64,000 nt of DNA from Sphyrna mokarran (lineage: Eukaryota), in NCBI GenBank assembly GCA_024679065.1, contig JAGIQG010000007.1, positions 50,468,001 to 50,532,000 of the forward strand. The letters are read 5' to 3'. The position numbers and the translations under genes are program-made. The notes under the pieces were generated by a model. The model had not been told where the DNA came from and did not search any database. It saw only the letters and a list, made by a program, of their open reading frames with translations. Of this stretch, positions 37,422 through 50,785 are shown piece after piece (within the stretch, counting starts at the first letter, position 1; each line of letters begins with the position of its first letter).

Positions 37422-38136
37422 CTGAAAAACAAAATTTCATTCTCAGAAAATGCTCTTGCTTACAATTATTTAAAACTGAAAAAGTTCATTCCATTGGTTT
37501 ACATATAAAATTCAATTCAACAAATTTACAAGTTTAACTATATTGTTAAGCTTTCCTATGCCATGATCAATAATTATCAAGCAATACGTCATAACCTTTA
37601 AAAACCCATGTCAATGATAAATGTCTTAATGCAACCCAAACAACCTGTATAGTAAGGAAATTATTAAAGTTTCTTGTTTAAAAGTAACACCGTCAGAAAA
37701 ACACCAGCATCTTGAATTAAGGCCAATGTAATAGCTTACTCAATTTTTCAGACTGAGTGCCAACTTTGATAAGATGTAGTTTATTATAATCAGGATGGAT
37801 TAACTTGCTATGAAACAAGACACAGATTTTTGCTTGCGAAACCCCCAAGTTCAAAATTTCAGGTACATCAACATTTATGATGATAAAAGATCATGTGCCT
37901 CCTCATAGGAGTCCACCAAACTGCACGTTCAGATGCCTACAATAAGACATCTATCCTCGTAACCTTGGATATGCACTGTTTGAAAAGATGTTGATAAAAA
38001 ATATTTCAGCTGAAATAACCGATTTTTCAGAAACAAAAACATATGAAGTGTTGAATGTATTACTCAATTTATAAATTTAACCAATATAATCATCTCATAC
38101 TGACAGCTTTAAACACAGTTAGAATACACACTTTAC

Positions 38137-38246
38137 CTGTGCGACATTGTTCCACACTTTCAGAAAAAATAAGTAGCTCCCGAGCAAATATAGGGTTTCC
38201 CTCAGGTTTGAAATGACATTTTCCATTTCGCATGTGAGGTAAAGGC
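38137..38246 (-). CDS. SMCHD1: SMCHD1 coding exon, hinge
   Basis: 110 nt encoding (R)[36 protein letters not shown](V); human [25 protein letters not shown]...; phase 2-1. Confidence 0.94.
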
Positions 38247-38334
38247 CTATAAATAAAATGAGTGGTATTGAAACAAGTTTTAATTCCTTTAATTTCCCCA
38301 TAGTATTATGCCAGTCACACAATTTGAATTAAGA

Positions 38335-39370
38335 AAACATATAGCACAAAAAACAGGCCATTAGGGCAATTAGTTCCACTTTTAGCCTCCTTCTGTCTTC
38401 CTTTCTGAACTATCAGCAGAACCTTTACTTCTTTCACCCAGGTGTTCTTTTAGCCTCCCTCTCAAATACATTGATGCTATTCTTCTCAACCATTCTCTGT
38501 GTTGGCGGGTTCCACATTCATACTACTCTGGATAAAGAAGTTTCTCAAGAATTTCCATTTGGTTTCTTTCATATTGATGGTTCTAATTTTGCTTTGCCCC
38601 ACAAATGGAAAAATAATTTCTGCGCTTATTCTCTCAAGAACTTACATAATTTTAAAGGATCCCCATTCGATGACTTCAGAGACTTGTCTTTTCAAGAGGT
38701 GAGAAGCCAAATATGATTTTTGCTGATAGACGTAACCTAACATTTCTGGCATCATTCCTACAATCACATCTTTTTAGAGCTCTCTCTCCAGTTCTTCTAT
38801 GCCCTTTGTGTAGTATATCAAGCAGAACTGAGCACAGTACTCGAGTATATTGTCTAATCAAGGTTCAGCACAAGGCTAGCGTAACTTTAAGTAAAAGCAA
38901 AAGACTGTGGATGCTGGAATCTGAAACAAAAACAGAAAATGTTCGAAAATCTCAAAGTTTGACAGCATCTGTGAAGGGAGAGTAAGGTCTGCTGAAGGGT
39001 CATCTAGACTCGAAACATTGACTCTATTCTCTCCCTAAGGATGCCGTTAGACCTGCTGAGATTTCCAGCATTTTGTTTTTGTGTCTAGCATAACTTTGCT
39101 TCTTTTCAATTCTATCCCTCTAGAAGTGAATCTGAATGATTGCTTAGTCATTTTGTTGCTTTATTAATCTGTCAGTGATTTGTGCATTTGAAGTCTAAGA
39201 TCCATTTGCTTGTTTACCCGATTTTGGTTCTTAATTCCCAAGTAACATCAATTTTTTTGCATCAAAATATACTATTTTATATTTCTCTCTCTTGAAATTT
39301 ACTTGTCATTTATTCTCTTTAAACACATTTCTTAATGTTATCTTGCAGTTTGTGGTAGTCCTCCTCAGTA
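38335..39370 (-). mobile_element. old CR1 fragment split by a fold-back element
   Basis: Tail aaaacatatagcacaaaaaacaggccatt; cagaactgagcacagtactc (LEYCAQFW-like) on the minus strand. Confidence 0.6.
38893..39085. mobile_element. fold-back Penelope-type element with hammerhead-like core
   Basis: Arms aaacagaaaatgttcgaaaatctc..gacagcatct / gatgccgttagacctgctgagatttccagcattttg; core CTGCTGA-agggtc-atcta-gactc-GAAAC at 38989-39016. Confidence 0.7.
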
Positions 39371-39709
39371 TAGATACTAACCACAGCAAACTTGGGCTAA
39401 TATGTAGTCACTTAAATGCCAAGCAGTAACTACCTCAAAAAAAACCTAACCCATCCCTTTTTGGCATTCAATGGCATCACATCGCATCTTAGGGTTTAGA
39501 AACAGGCCAGAAACTGAACTGGACAGTTATATAAACCACAGTTGTAAGAGTATGCTGGGAATTTGGGGCCATGGGTGACTCACTTCCTGATTCCCCAAAG
39601 TCTATCCACCATCTCTACAAGGCATAAATCAGGAATCTGATGGAATATTCGCCACCTTCCCAGGTCAGTGCAATTTCAAAGACACTTGAGGCTCAATGCC
39701 ATCCAAGAT

Positions 39710-40737
39710 AACACAGAACATAGAACATTATAGCGCAGAACAGGCCCTTCGGCCTTTGATATTGCGCCGACCAATTAGAAAAAGCAATGCCCTCTAACCT
39801 AAACCATTCCCTTTTCATCTATAAACTTATCTACTAACCTCTTAAACGCCACCAAACTTGGCGCATCTACAACTGCAGCAGGCAGGGCATTCCATACCCT
39901 TACCACCCTCTGGGTAAAGAACCTACCTCTGACATCCGTCCTATAACTACCACCCCTTAATTTAAAGCTATGTCCCCTCGTGCTAGCTTTCTCCATCCTA
40001 GGAAAAAGGCTATCACTGTCCACCCTATCTAAACCTCTAATCATCTTATATGTTTCAATAAGGTCTCCTCTTAGCCACTTTCTTTCTAACGAAAACAACC
40101 TCAAATCCCTCAGCCTCTCTTCATAAGACCTGCCCTCCATACCAGGCAACATCCTGGTAAACCTCCTCTGTACCCTCTCCAATGCCTCCACATCTTTCTT
40201 ATAATGTGGGGACCAGAACTGCACACAATACTCCAAGTGCGGCCGCACTAGAGTTTTGTACAGTTGCAACATGACGTTGCGGCTCCGAAATTCAATCCCC
40301 CTACCAATAAAAGCTAAGACTCCATATGCCTTCTTAACAACCTTATCGACTTGATTGCCAACTTTCAGGGATCTATGCACATATACACCAAGATCCCTCT
40401 GTTCATCAACACTATTAAGAGTCCTACCATTAGCCCTATACTCTACACATTTGTTATTCCTGCCAAAGTGAATTACCTCACACTTTTCCACATTAAACTC
40501 CATTTGCCACCTCTCGGCCCAGCTCTGCAACTTGTCCAAGTCTCTCTGCAAACTATAACACCCCTTTTCACTATCTATCACTCCTCCGACTTTGGTGTCA
40601 TCCGCAAATTTACTAATCCATCCTTCAATACCCTCATCCAGATCATTTATAAAAATTACAAACAGGAGGGGCCCCAAAACAGATCCCTGAGGTATACCAC
40701 TTGTAACCGAACTCCATGATGAATAATTTCCATCATG
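39710..40737 (-). mobile_element. young 5'-truncated CR1 copy with an uninterrupted ORF2 C-terminal part
   Basis: About 310 codons without a stop ([34 protein letters not shown]) and an intact tgttctatgttctgt tail. It is inserted into an older plus-strand LINE (~39400-39710 and 40738-41110). Confidence 0.95.
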
Positions 40738-41329
40738 AGGCAGCCCACCTTGAATGTTCAGTCTTCCACCATGGGCATATAGCTGCAGCAATATGTACCA
40801 TCTAAAATGTACACTGCAGTAACTTGCCAAGGCTTTTTCAACAGCATTTTCTAAATCTTTAACTTCCACCATTGAAAAGATCAAGGATAGCAGACAGAGG
40901 AACACCATTACATGAAAGTTCAACTTCAGGTCATGCACAGTCCTGAGTTGGAATGTATATCTCTCTTCCTTCACTGTTATTGGGCCAAACTGCCTTCTTA
41001 ATAGTACTGTACCACATTGTTTGCAGCAATTCACCCCCACTTTGCAAAGGCAATTAGGGATGGACAATAAATGCTGTTATGCCACAATGCTTGTTCCCTA
41101 AGAATTAAAATAAACAATTAAATTCATCTACAAATTTAAAAATTGTGCTTTAGATTCTGAAGTCTAATTTGTTAATATAAGTTATTAAGTCCACTTTTCA
41201 CTTCCTGCCACATTAAACAGCCATCCACTGCCACATAATAGAAGAAGTCACAGTGCTTCTTCTAAAGCAGTTTCATTTCCCCATAAGCTTTGCACAGAAA
41301 TGAATGAGGTAAATGCAATGTAGTCCAGT

Positions 41330-41525
41330 TTAGGTGCACTGGCTGTGCTAAATTGCCCCTTTGCATCCAAAAATTTGTAGGTTACATGGATTAGTGGGAT
41401 AAATGCATGGGGTAACAGGGATAGAGCAAGATGTGGGTCTGGATAAAATGCAGTTAGACAATCAGTGCAGACTCGATGGGCTGAATGGCTTCCTTCTGCA
41501 CTGTAGGGATTCTACGATTCTATGA
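41330..41525 (+). mobile_element. HE1-like SINE 3' half
   Basis: gctaaattgcccc...gtgcagactcgatgggctgaatgg...gcactgtagggattctacgattctatg. Confidence 0.75.
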
Positions 41526-42009
41526 TGTTACAAATCTGAATTAAAATAGAAAATGTTAGAAGTACTCAGTAGATTAGGTTGCCAACTGGGAGAGCAACTG
41601 AAAATGTTTCAGGTTGATGACCTTTCACCAGATTGAGTGAATATGCAGGCTGCAGCTGTTTCAAGATCCTTTTACGTGCAATTACTTCTAAAAGGAACAG
41701 TTCTAAGCCGAATTTTTTAAAAAATTCCAAAGGGACAAAGGTGGCATTGGTACAACACCAAGTGTCTGGACTTTGATTCTAAGAAGTAGCACTAAACCCC
41801 AAATCTAAAGTTAGAATGCAACCTGAAAACTGAAACTATATCATCCCCAGTGTTTATTCCAAAATCCAGTTAAGCACTAAGTTGGCTTTGAATTACACTC
41901 TGATCCAATTTTCAGTTTGAGTGCATTTTACAGCACTTTGTACTGAATACCTTTTCATCAAATCAGTGAAACTTAATTAGGGCAGAAATTTCAATTATTA
42001 ATTTTATAC

Positions 42010-42200
42010 CTGTTACTGTCTGGAAGATTTTTTCTATATATGGAATCAAGTGGTAGTACTTGTTGACGTCCCTGACTTTCATCGAAGATACGTCGCGCAG
42101 CATCAGTGGTTAAGGTAACCACACAGTCCATATCGCTAGCCATATGCCAAGAGATAACTCTGGCCACCTCATCATCTTCTATCATTGCCAAGTGTGCAAT
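42010..42200 (-). CDS. SMCHD1: SMCHD1 coding exon, SMC hinge domain
   Basis: 191 nt encoding [63 protein letters not shown](R); near-identical to the human hinge; phase 0-2. Confidence 0.97.
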
Positions 42201-42802
42201 CTGTAATGAAGTCAAACATCAGTTTTGAGTTGAAGAATTTTCTGCATCATAATAAACTGACAGAGAATGAATTAAACAGGAAAATACACAGTATTATGAA
42301 GACAGAATCATCTTGAAAATAACGTGCTTCGTTGGGAAAGCGAGAACATCAAAGTAGAAGCAAGATTCAGAACAGTACAAGTACCCAAAATTATCCTCTT
42401 TGGTCTCTTGGTTGAAACAGAACACTGATTTCATTCTGACATTCCAGACTGGTTCAACCCAATGCTGAATATTAAATTATTCACTATCTTTCAAATTAAA
42501 TGATCAAATCATAAGAAATAAAATTTAATCTACTTTTATGTATCAATAGAACAGTTCTGACTGTTGAACAGGTAAGGGAGAGGGAACACATTATGTGAAA
42601 GTACCACCAGAAGTAGCGGGAACAGAAGTATGAATTACTATTGATGGCATCACAAACACACAGGCAATGGAATCAATTAAACTGAACTAAGAAATTGAAT
42701 GCTTTTGGCCAAGTCTCAATACTGCAGAGAGAAATGACAGTACAAAAACCGTACTTAGTAAAGAATGGTATACAATGAGGTCCTCCTTTATATTAATCAT
42801 AC

Positions 42803-42925
42803 CTTTCCTAAAATATCAACACTACTCCTAGCATAATTAGACAGGGAACACGTTCTTCTGGGTTGTTTGAATATCTTGTCTCTCTCAATCTTCATCTGCT
42901 TCAGAACAGCATCAATGCCTTGGAT
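42803..42925 (-). CDS. SMCHD1: SMCHD1 coding exon
   Basis: 123 nt encoding IQGIDAVLKQMKIERDKIFKQPRRTCSLSNYARSSVDILGK; human ...[21 protein letters not shown]; phase 0-0. Confidence 0.93.
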
Positions 42926-43269
42926 CTACATTATAGAACAAAAAAAGGTAAAATTCAAATCATTAATCGTGGTTGAAGAGGAGTATGTTATGGAGACTGA
43001 CAGATAAAAAGTTGAATACTTTATTACAGATATATAAATATATGTATATATGTATATACACTGCATTTGAAAATGGGTGATGATTTTTAATATGCTCTTA
43101 AAGCTTATGTAATAAGCTAGCTGCAGGAAATGAGCTTCAAAACTTACCGTACATTCAAATCGTAACTTTCAGATATTTTGTAAAAGACTTTTTAAATTAG
43201 TTTTTATTGCCAATTTAAAATGTAAAGCAGCGCCAGAAAGTTGGGACTAGAAATAAACTAGTATAGTGT

Positions 43270-44880
43270 AGATCAATATTGTAGAGAAATGTTGCTTGGA
43301 AAATTGATGGTATTGAAGGCAGATAAATCCTCAGGGTCTGATAATTTACATCTTAGAGTACTTAAGGAAGTGGCTCTAGAAATAGGTGGATGTATTGGTG
43401 TCATCTTCCAGGATTCTATAGACTTGAGAACGGTCCCTGCAGATTGGAGGATAGCTAATGCACTCCAATACTCAAAAAGGGAGGTAGAAAGAAAACAGGG
43501 AATTATAGACCAGTAAGCTTAACATCAGTACTGAAAGAAATTCTCAAATCCATTATATTTTTAGCAGAGCAGTTAGAAAGCAGTGGCAGATCAGACAGAG
43601 TCAGCATGGATTTATGAAGGAGAGATTGTGCTCATACTCGAAAATCTGTTGGAATTCTTTGAAGATGTAACTAGTCGAATTGACAAGGGGCAATCAGTCA
43701 ACGTGGTATATTTGGACTTTCAAGAAGCGTTTGACAAAGTCCTGCATCAGAGATTATCGTGTGGATTAAAGTGCTTGGGATTGGGAGAAATGATTTGAGA
43801 TGGATTGAAAACTGATTGGTAGAGAGGAAACAAAGAGTAGGAATTAATGGGTGCTTTTCAAATTGGCAGGCAGTAACTAGTGGGGTACTACAGGGATCAG
43901 TGCTGCGATCCCAGTTATTCACCATACATATTAATGATTTGAATAACAGAACAAAATGCAACATTTCAAAGTGTGCAGATGATAAGAAGTTGGGTGGGAG
44001 GGTGAACTGTGATGAGGATGCAGAGATCCGTCAGTGTGATCTGGACAGATTGGTGAGTGGACAAATCAATGATAGATGCAGTATAATTTGGATAAATGGG
44101 AGGTTATTCACTTTGGAAGCAAAAACAAGGTGTTGATTCCTGCCTGAATAGCTGTAAATTGGGAGAGGGGAGTGTGTAGCAGGACATGGATGTCATTGTG
44201 TGCAACAGTCACTGAAGGTAAGCATGCAAGGTCACAAGGCGGTAAAGGCAGCAAATGACACGATAGGGATGTGTTGTTGCAATTATATAGACATTGGTGA
44301 GTACACACATAGAATATTGTATGCAGTATTAGTCTCCTTTTCTGTGGGAGGATCTTGTTCTCGAGCAGCGAAGGTTTATCAGGCTGAATCTGGGGTTGGC
44401 GGGACTGACATACAAGGACAAACTGACGAGGTTAGGATTGTTTTTGTTGGAGTTCAGATGAATGGGATGGGGAGGGGAGGGGAGGGGGAGATGAAGAAAT
44501 TTCAGAGGCTATAAAATTCTAATAGGACTAGACAGGGTAGATGCAGGGAGGATATTCCCAACGTTGGGGAACTGACAACCAGAGTCATAGTCTGAAGATT
44601 CAGGGTACACCATTTAGGGTGGAGGTGAGGAAACATTTCTTTACCCGAAAGAGTGATGAACCTGTGGAAGTCATTACCACAGGGAACAGTTGATGCCAAA
44701 ACACTGAATATATTCAAGAGGCAGCTGGATACAGCACTCTGGGCAAATGGGATCAAAGATCATGGGGAAAAAGCAGGATTAGGCGATTGAGTTGGATGAT
44801 CAACTATGATCATAATGAATTGTGGATTGGGCTCGAAGGGCCAAATAATCCCCTCGTGCTCCTACCTTCTTTGTTTTTAT
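43270..44880 (+). mobile_element. CR1 LINE, decayed
   Basis: KADKSSG, VYLDFQEAFDKV, VTSGVLQGSVL, ADD; CR1 3' UTR. Confidence 0.9.
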
Positions 44881-45519
44881 ATTTGGAGAAAATCAGTTAA
44901 TTATTTGAAACATTGTTCAAAGACACACAAAGTGAACTTACAAAAGAACAAAGAAAATTACAGCACAGCAACATGCCCACACCAAGCCTACACTGATCAT
45001 GCTGCTCGACTGAACTAAAATCCCTAACCTTCTGGGGACAATGTAAAAAAAGAACAAAGCAAATTAAAAGAACAAAGAAAATACGATAGTGAAACCAAAT
45101 GGTAATCATTGGGAAAGGTCAGTGATCATGGACATCAGTTTCATGGGGTTCATAATCACACTCTCCTATATGCAAGGTACATTCCCCATACCCTCAAATT
45201 AGAAGTAAAACTGAAGAACATGTTTTTATGGTTGAGACTCCAATGATTATGCAAGTGGGATAATCAAAATTATTGGAAAATGTGCATAGGGAGTAGTTAC
45301 AAACTTGCTTTTGATTATGAGTATTTTAATCTGTGGTTCACATCAACCTTTCACTGATAAAGCTTGACTTTCAAGTATCAATGTGATAACTAGTAGTACA
45401 ACTGCTAATTTTACTTCCTTACCGAACTAGATACAAAATTTCAGACATTGGCTTCAGCATTACAAAAATGATCTTCAGAACAATAACCAAATGATGAAAT
45501 TTGTATAACTTTTAAAAAA

Positions 45520-45925
45520 TACTTGGGCTTCACTGGCTAGACCAACATTTATTACCCACCCCTGGTTGCCCTTGAGAAGGTTGCAGTGAGCTGCCTTCTG
45601 GGAACGCTGCAGTTTGCAGTATAGGCGCACTCACAGTGCTGTTAAGGTAGTGGACCCAGGTATCTGCTGCTCTTGTCTTCTGAAACTGTAGTGGTCACAG
45701 GTTTGGAAGACGCTGCCAAAGGAAGCTTTGTGAGTGCTTGTAATGCATCTTGTGGATGGTGTGCATTGCTGCCACTGTTCGTTGGTGGTGGAGAGATGGA
45801 ATGTTTGTGGAAGAGGCAGCCATCAAGCAGACTGCTTTGTTCCAGATGATATCAAGCTTCTCGAGTTACACTCATCTTGCTAAGTGGAGAGATAGAAGTA
45901 TGCCTTGTAGGCAGTGGACAGCTGC
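45520..45925 (-). mobile_element. LINE 3' fragment (same tail family as 40738-41110 and the 60015 SINE)
   Basis: ctggctagaccaacatttattaccc is the reverse complement of the gggcaataaatgctggcc tail. Confidence 0.65.
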
Positions 45926-46281
45926 GTAACACATGTTTGGGAGGATTTTCTTTTAAACCACCTCACCAACTAGATAAAACATCTGGGAATTTAATCAATG
46001 CAAGTGAGCTAAAACTTATTTTAACAGCTCCAAATGATGTTACAGTAGTTTGGATAATGTAAAGTTCAAAATGGGAAAAGGTAAACTTTGGCTAGATAAA
46101 ACATATTCAGTTTTTCATTTTGCTTGTCACCCTTCAGAATTCAAACAGCACCCCATCTTTAACATCAATCTGTCTGGCTGATGGACTTTCCTTTAGTGTT
46201 TATAGAATGAGAATCTCCAAATCACTTCAGTTTCAGTATTGGGCACATGCATAATCAAAAGTAATGCACAAGTCAACTTAC

Positions 46282-46367
46282 TGTAGAGATTTCTGCAGTA
46301 TTTATTTTCTGCTTTCGAAGTTCATTTCTTAGGTGAGTTTCTTTTGCTGTAGCTTCTTGTGCTTGAC
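46282..46367 (-). CDS. SMCHD1: SMCHD1 coding exon (coiled coil)
   Basis: 86 nt encoding (C)QAQEATAKETHLRNELRKQKINTAEIST; human CQVEEARLKEAQLRNELK...; phase 1-0, GTAAG donor. Confidence 0.9.
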
Positions 46368-49300
46368 CTAAATTAAATTTCAATTTCAGTATTTAACCTG
46401 CAAAACCTTTCCAAATCACATTTAAAAAGATCATCTGCATTGGTGAACCGCTTAGGGCAATGTTATGAACAATTGTCTGATCTACTCAAATTATAAGCTT
46501 ACATCATGATAAAAGTTGTTTAACGTTCAAAGGTTATACTAAATTTCAGTTGCGCTTGTACATGCATCACTTTTTGGTAAGATAGGGCGGTCATATTTGT
46601 AGTGCCCAAAATAGGGTTGGAGGCTAACCCCATGGTCTGTGGCAGAGCTCCAGTCTAACACAAAACATTATATACCAGCCCAGTGGGCTTCAATTATCAA
46701 CAACACAAATCAACACCAACATCACCCCTCAAATAAAATACACAGAGTGATGTTTTTGAATACAAATCTCACTTGAAGCCAGATAATCAATCACATTATG
46801 GAATAATATCCCCAGCTTACTTACAGTAGGGAAGATTATTAATACCAGATTGCGACTAATTTTAGCTGCCAAGTAGTTCAAGTCACCCAGCCCTCAAGAT
46901 CATAATATTAGAAACAGATTTGAGAAAAAGTGACAAGTTACAAATCCACTGAATCCAGAATTATAATTCGCAAACTTTCAGAAATCATTTTGGTGGATTT
47001 ACATTCTTGCAGGGGTTAAATCAACTAGGTTACCTTAAGATTTCACATAAACAAGCATAAATTAGCTAACATGTGAAAGATTGTGTTCTTGTACATAATC
47101 CAGACTTCAAAAATATAATTTATATTGCATTTTGTTTTGAGGAGCGTAAGTATAGGTTTGTAGTAAGACAGAAGTGTTTATAAAATATATAGTAATAAAA
47201 CAGGGAGGGGTCTGCATTTTCAGTGTTAACCATTAAATTAGAACAAAAAACAAAATACTGCTGATGTTAGAGACCTGAAAAAACAGAAAATGATAAAGAA
47301 TTAGTTACAGACAGAACAGACAAGTTAATATTTTAGATCTATATCCATCATCAGCATTGAGAGAAATAAGATAAAAATCTGTATGTAAATTAAATTTGAA
47401 GGACAGAGGATATATAAGAATTGTACACTGAATAATGAAACAGATCATTGCAGTCAAATAATGGACAAATAGAGCATTAAGGTATTAAAGAATCATGGGA
47501 TTTTTTATTATGGAGGAGGTAGGATTTGAGTGAAAATGAGAGTGTTGGAGATTCTGTGTTAGGTACAAAATTAAAATAAAATAAGAATATAGCTAAAGTA
47601 TGAAGTTAAGACAATGTTCATATCAGAGAGTTGCAGGGTGCTGAAGAGATCAGATGTTGGATAAAATCTTACTCAAAATGGAAGAGAATTGTTTCTGGTG
47701 AGAAAATCACTGTGTTTCTCTCCAGAGAAATCAGCTGGTTCTCTCTCCACATTTCATGACACACTGCCTAAAAAAAATCAAGGGGTGTTTTGTGCCATCA
47801 TTAAGGGGGGTGAGCTGGCTGCAGAGATTAGGGCGCCATCTTTAAAGGGCACTCCAATTAGAATCTGAATAAGTCCCTTCACCTCCGGGCCACCATGGAG
47901 GTCTCAGTGGTCTCTATGCCCATCTTCCCAGTCTGAGCAAGCACTTCTCTATACCTAATGCCTCTCTTGTTAATGCTCTCCTGCTTCACACAGGAAATTG
48001 GCATTTATATCTTAATACTTACATTGTAACAACATACGCTTAGTAGATGACAACTTTTGCTACTGTATTTCTGTGGTTTTCAGTTTCTTACTCAAGTTGC
48101 AATACATGGAAGGCAAATACTTGCTGGCTCCAGCAGAGACTAGCCCAGAATTAACTACATCATTCAAACAGAGTTGTACAGGATAGCGAAAGAAACTCCA
48201 ACAATAGTCAGATGATGATTTGACTCACTGATAATAGATGTCTCAATTTCAAACTTGCAATCGTAATGTGAGATGGTATTTCAAGACTTTGAGCAAATGT
48301 GTGAAATATCTGAGAAATGTTACACTGTTATGGACAACTATTTTTGTTCAAATATTGCGTCCAATACCTATTGCTGTCTTGCTATTTCTGTATCCTTCAG
48401 CTTACAAAAATAGTTCCAAGTAACTGAAATAGATCAGTGTCCCCTCCCTCCCCCAGTAATCTGCAAGGCCTATTAAGGCACTTAAGAATGGAAAGCTTTT
48501 CCACCGTTTCTAAGTACCACCAACAATAAGTCATTCCAAGCCAGATACAAGAACCAGATGTACGGTAAAGTTTCCTCCATCCTGATAAAGTATATGACTT
48601 AATCCTAACTTCAAAAGTACACTACAGAAATTGCATCTTCATTTACTGCATTCATCACCTTCTGCTCTTTACCAATTGCTAATCAAGATTTATCCTGCAG
48701 TCTAATGCACTGAAAGAGGGTGGATGCTTAAATTTATTTTTATTTTCTGCACAAAGAGCAAATAATAAAAATAAATTTCAAATAACTGAAATGGCATAAT
48801 TTTGACAAAAAATCAAAATATATGCAGATTGGGATGATTTATGCATGGAATAGTAACAGATAGGTGGCCCCAATTTTGCAGTGGTAAAAATGGCAAAATT
48901 GTTCATGTTTATTAATCCCCTTAAACTGATTGCAAGTTGCTTTCAGCACTTGCAATAGCAAATCCAATGGAGAACTCAGATTTAACTTGCAGGTTGCAAA
49001 CAACTAAAAATAAATGAATTGACAAGAACTTGTCCTGGCACCAGGTTCAAACTAACACAGGGAAAGGAGAAATCCATACCATACAGGTTGCTACATCTTT
49101 GTGAGCAGCTTTTTTTGAGCTTACAGCCAATACCACTGCTTCACCACTGACCATAAAATCCAATCTTTCTAATGAAGAGCTAGACCCAAAATCTTAAACT
49201 CCTTGTTGAATAGCTAGGTTAAGATTAATCCATATTTTGCCAGAGGATACAGAGACATTTGGACAACAGATTTAATACTTTGTCTCCGTTTGAGTATTTT

Positions 49301-49426
49301 CAAGACACGGGTGCCCTATGGAAAAGGTGTCAAGTCAGCTTTAACAGAAAATAACAGCAATATGTCACAATTATAGCATCATAATCAATTCTCATTTAAA
49401 ACTGGATAAAAGTGGATCAGAATTTG

Positions 49427-49742
49427 GGTGGCATGGTGACACAGTGGTTAGCACTGCTGCCTCACAGCACCAGGGACTTGGATTCAATTTCGGCCTCAGA
49501 CAATTGTCTATGTGGAGTTTGCACGTTCTTCTCATGTCTGCACGTGTTTGCTCCGGTTTCCTTCCACAGTCCAAAGATGTGCTGGTTAGGTGGTTTGGCC
49601 ATGCCAAACTGCCCTTTAGTGTTAGGAGGATTAGACTAATCTTCTACTAATCCACGTGGTTATGGGGATAGGACTTGGGTTATTTTAAGTGCAGATTCGA
49701 TGGGCTGAACGTTCTCTTTCTGCACTGTAGGGATTCTATGAA
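49427..49742 (+). mobile_element. full-length HE1-like V-SINE
   Basis: gggtggcatggtgacacagtggttagcactgctgcctcacagc tRNA head, V-core, tail gcactgtagggattctatg. Confidence 0.9.
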
Positions 49743-49953
49743 TTATTTGGACCATTAAGTATTTTTCTAATTTTCAGCCATTAGAACTCAGTTTGGAAAT
49801 GCTTCCACTGACCTCCAGTTACTGGAGTATTTCCATATGCAATGATCAACCCCGGCAGTGTTTATTTTCCAATTAAACATATAAAACAAGTCCCTTAATC
49901 CATGCAAATGTAAGTACATATAAATATAAATATATTCATATAATGTGGCTTAC

Positions 49954-50073
49954 ACTTCATTTCATTGATTAACTGGTTGGTAGTGTCAAACAAACTCCTA
50001 TATGCAACAATGGACTGGGAAAGTTGGTCCTTCTCTTTCGTCAAAGTTGTCATCTGCTGCTGTTTCTTAAAAT
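49954..50073 (-). CDS. SMCHD1: SMCHD1 coding exon (coiled coil before hinge)
   Basis: 120 nt encoding (D)[39 protein letters not shown](C); human [23 protein letters not shown]...; phase 1-1. Confidence 0.95.
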
Positions 50074-50652
50074 CTGTGAAGAGAAAGACTGCCATTCATT
50101 TTTATATTCCTTTAGGAGCTGTATTTTATTGCAAAGCAAAAACAACTCTCTCTAAATATTCACATCCCCAATATATTACATCTTTAAAAGCTTTATTGGG
50201 AAGGAAGAGTTAGCAACTTTTGAATATTGTGATTTTCAATGTTTTACTTGACCAGCACAATGTTAGTATACTTTGGTTTACAAAACAATAAACCAGATAC
50301 CACTGGCAAAACTATGAAGAGGAACAAATTTTGTGTAAATTTGAAAGAGGAAATTAAGTTTTAAATTAGTAATTTTCTTTCTATGTACCCTAACTCTCAG
50401 CTTGTTCAGCACAAATATGATAAATTGAACCAGGAATCTTCCTAGTTCAAAATCACACCACATGAAAACATTTGTTTATTATGAATTCTTACTATTGCAT
50501 TACTGATAATGGTTCTGATAACAGCCTGAGTCAATCCCCATACCATTTATCAGATCAACAAGGAGCTAGCACAACTATTCAATAAAAGCCACAAAATTCC
50601 AAGTTGTTCTAAATAGTAAAATAAGCAAACCATAGGCTACTGTCATGCTTAC

Positions 50653-50785
50653 CATTATAAAACATAAAGGATAAAATGTATGGAGGTAAAGGTTTCCTCT
50701 TGCCAGGTTTCGAAATGACTGGTTCAAAAACCAGCATGTACTCTGTGCTATCTCTGCCAGGACTGTTTTCTGCCAGCACCAAGTT
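50653..50785 (-). CDS. SMCHD1: SMCHD1 coding exon
   Basis: 133 nt encoding [44 protein letters not shown](D); human [16 protein letters not shown]...PYILPFMFYND; phase 0-1, GTAAG donor. Confidence 0.95.

Noticed and set aside
39799-41067. 422-aa ORF as a novel or domesticated RT gene
   Set aside because: Chimeric: the C-terminal ~310 aa is a truncated CR1 ORF2, and the N-terminus is chance read-through of the antisense strand of an older LINE.
49427-49500. tRNA gene
   Set aside because: tRNA-derived SINE head continuing into the V-core; no full cloverleaf.
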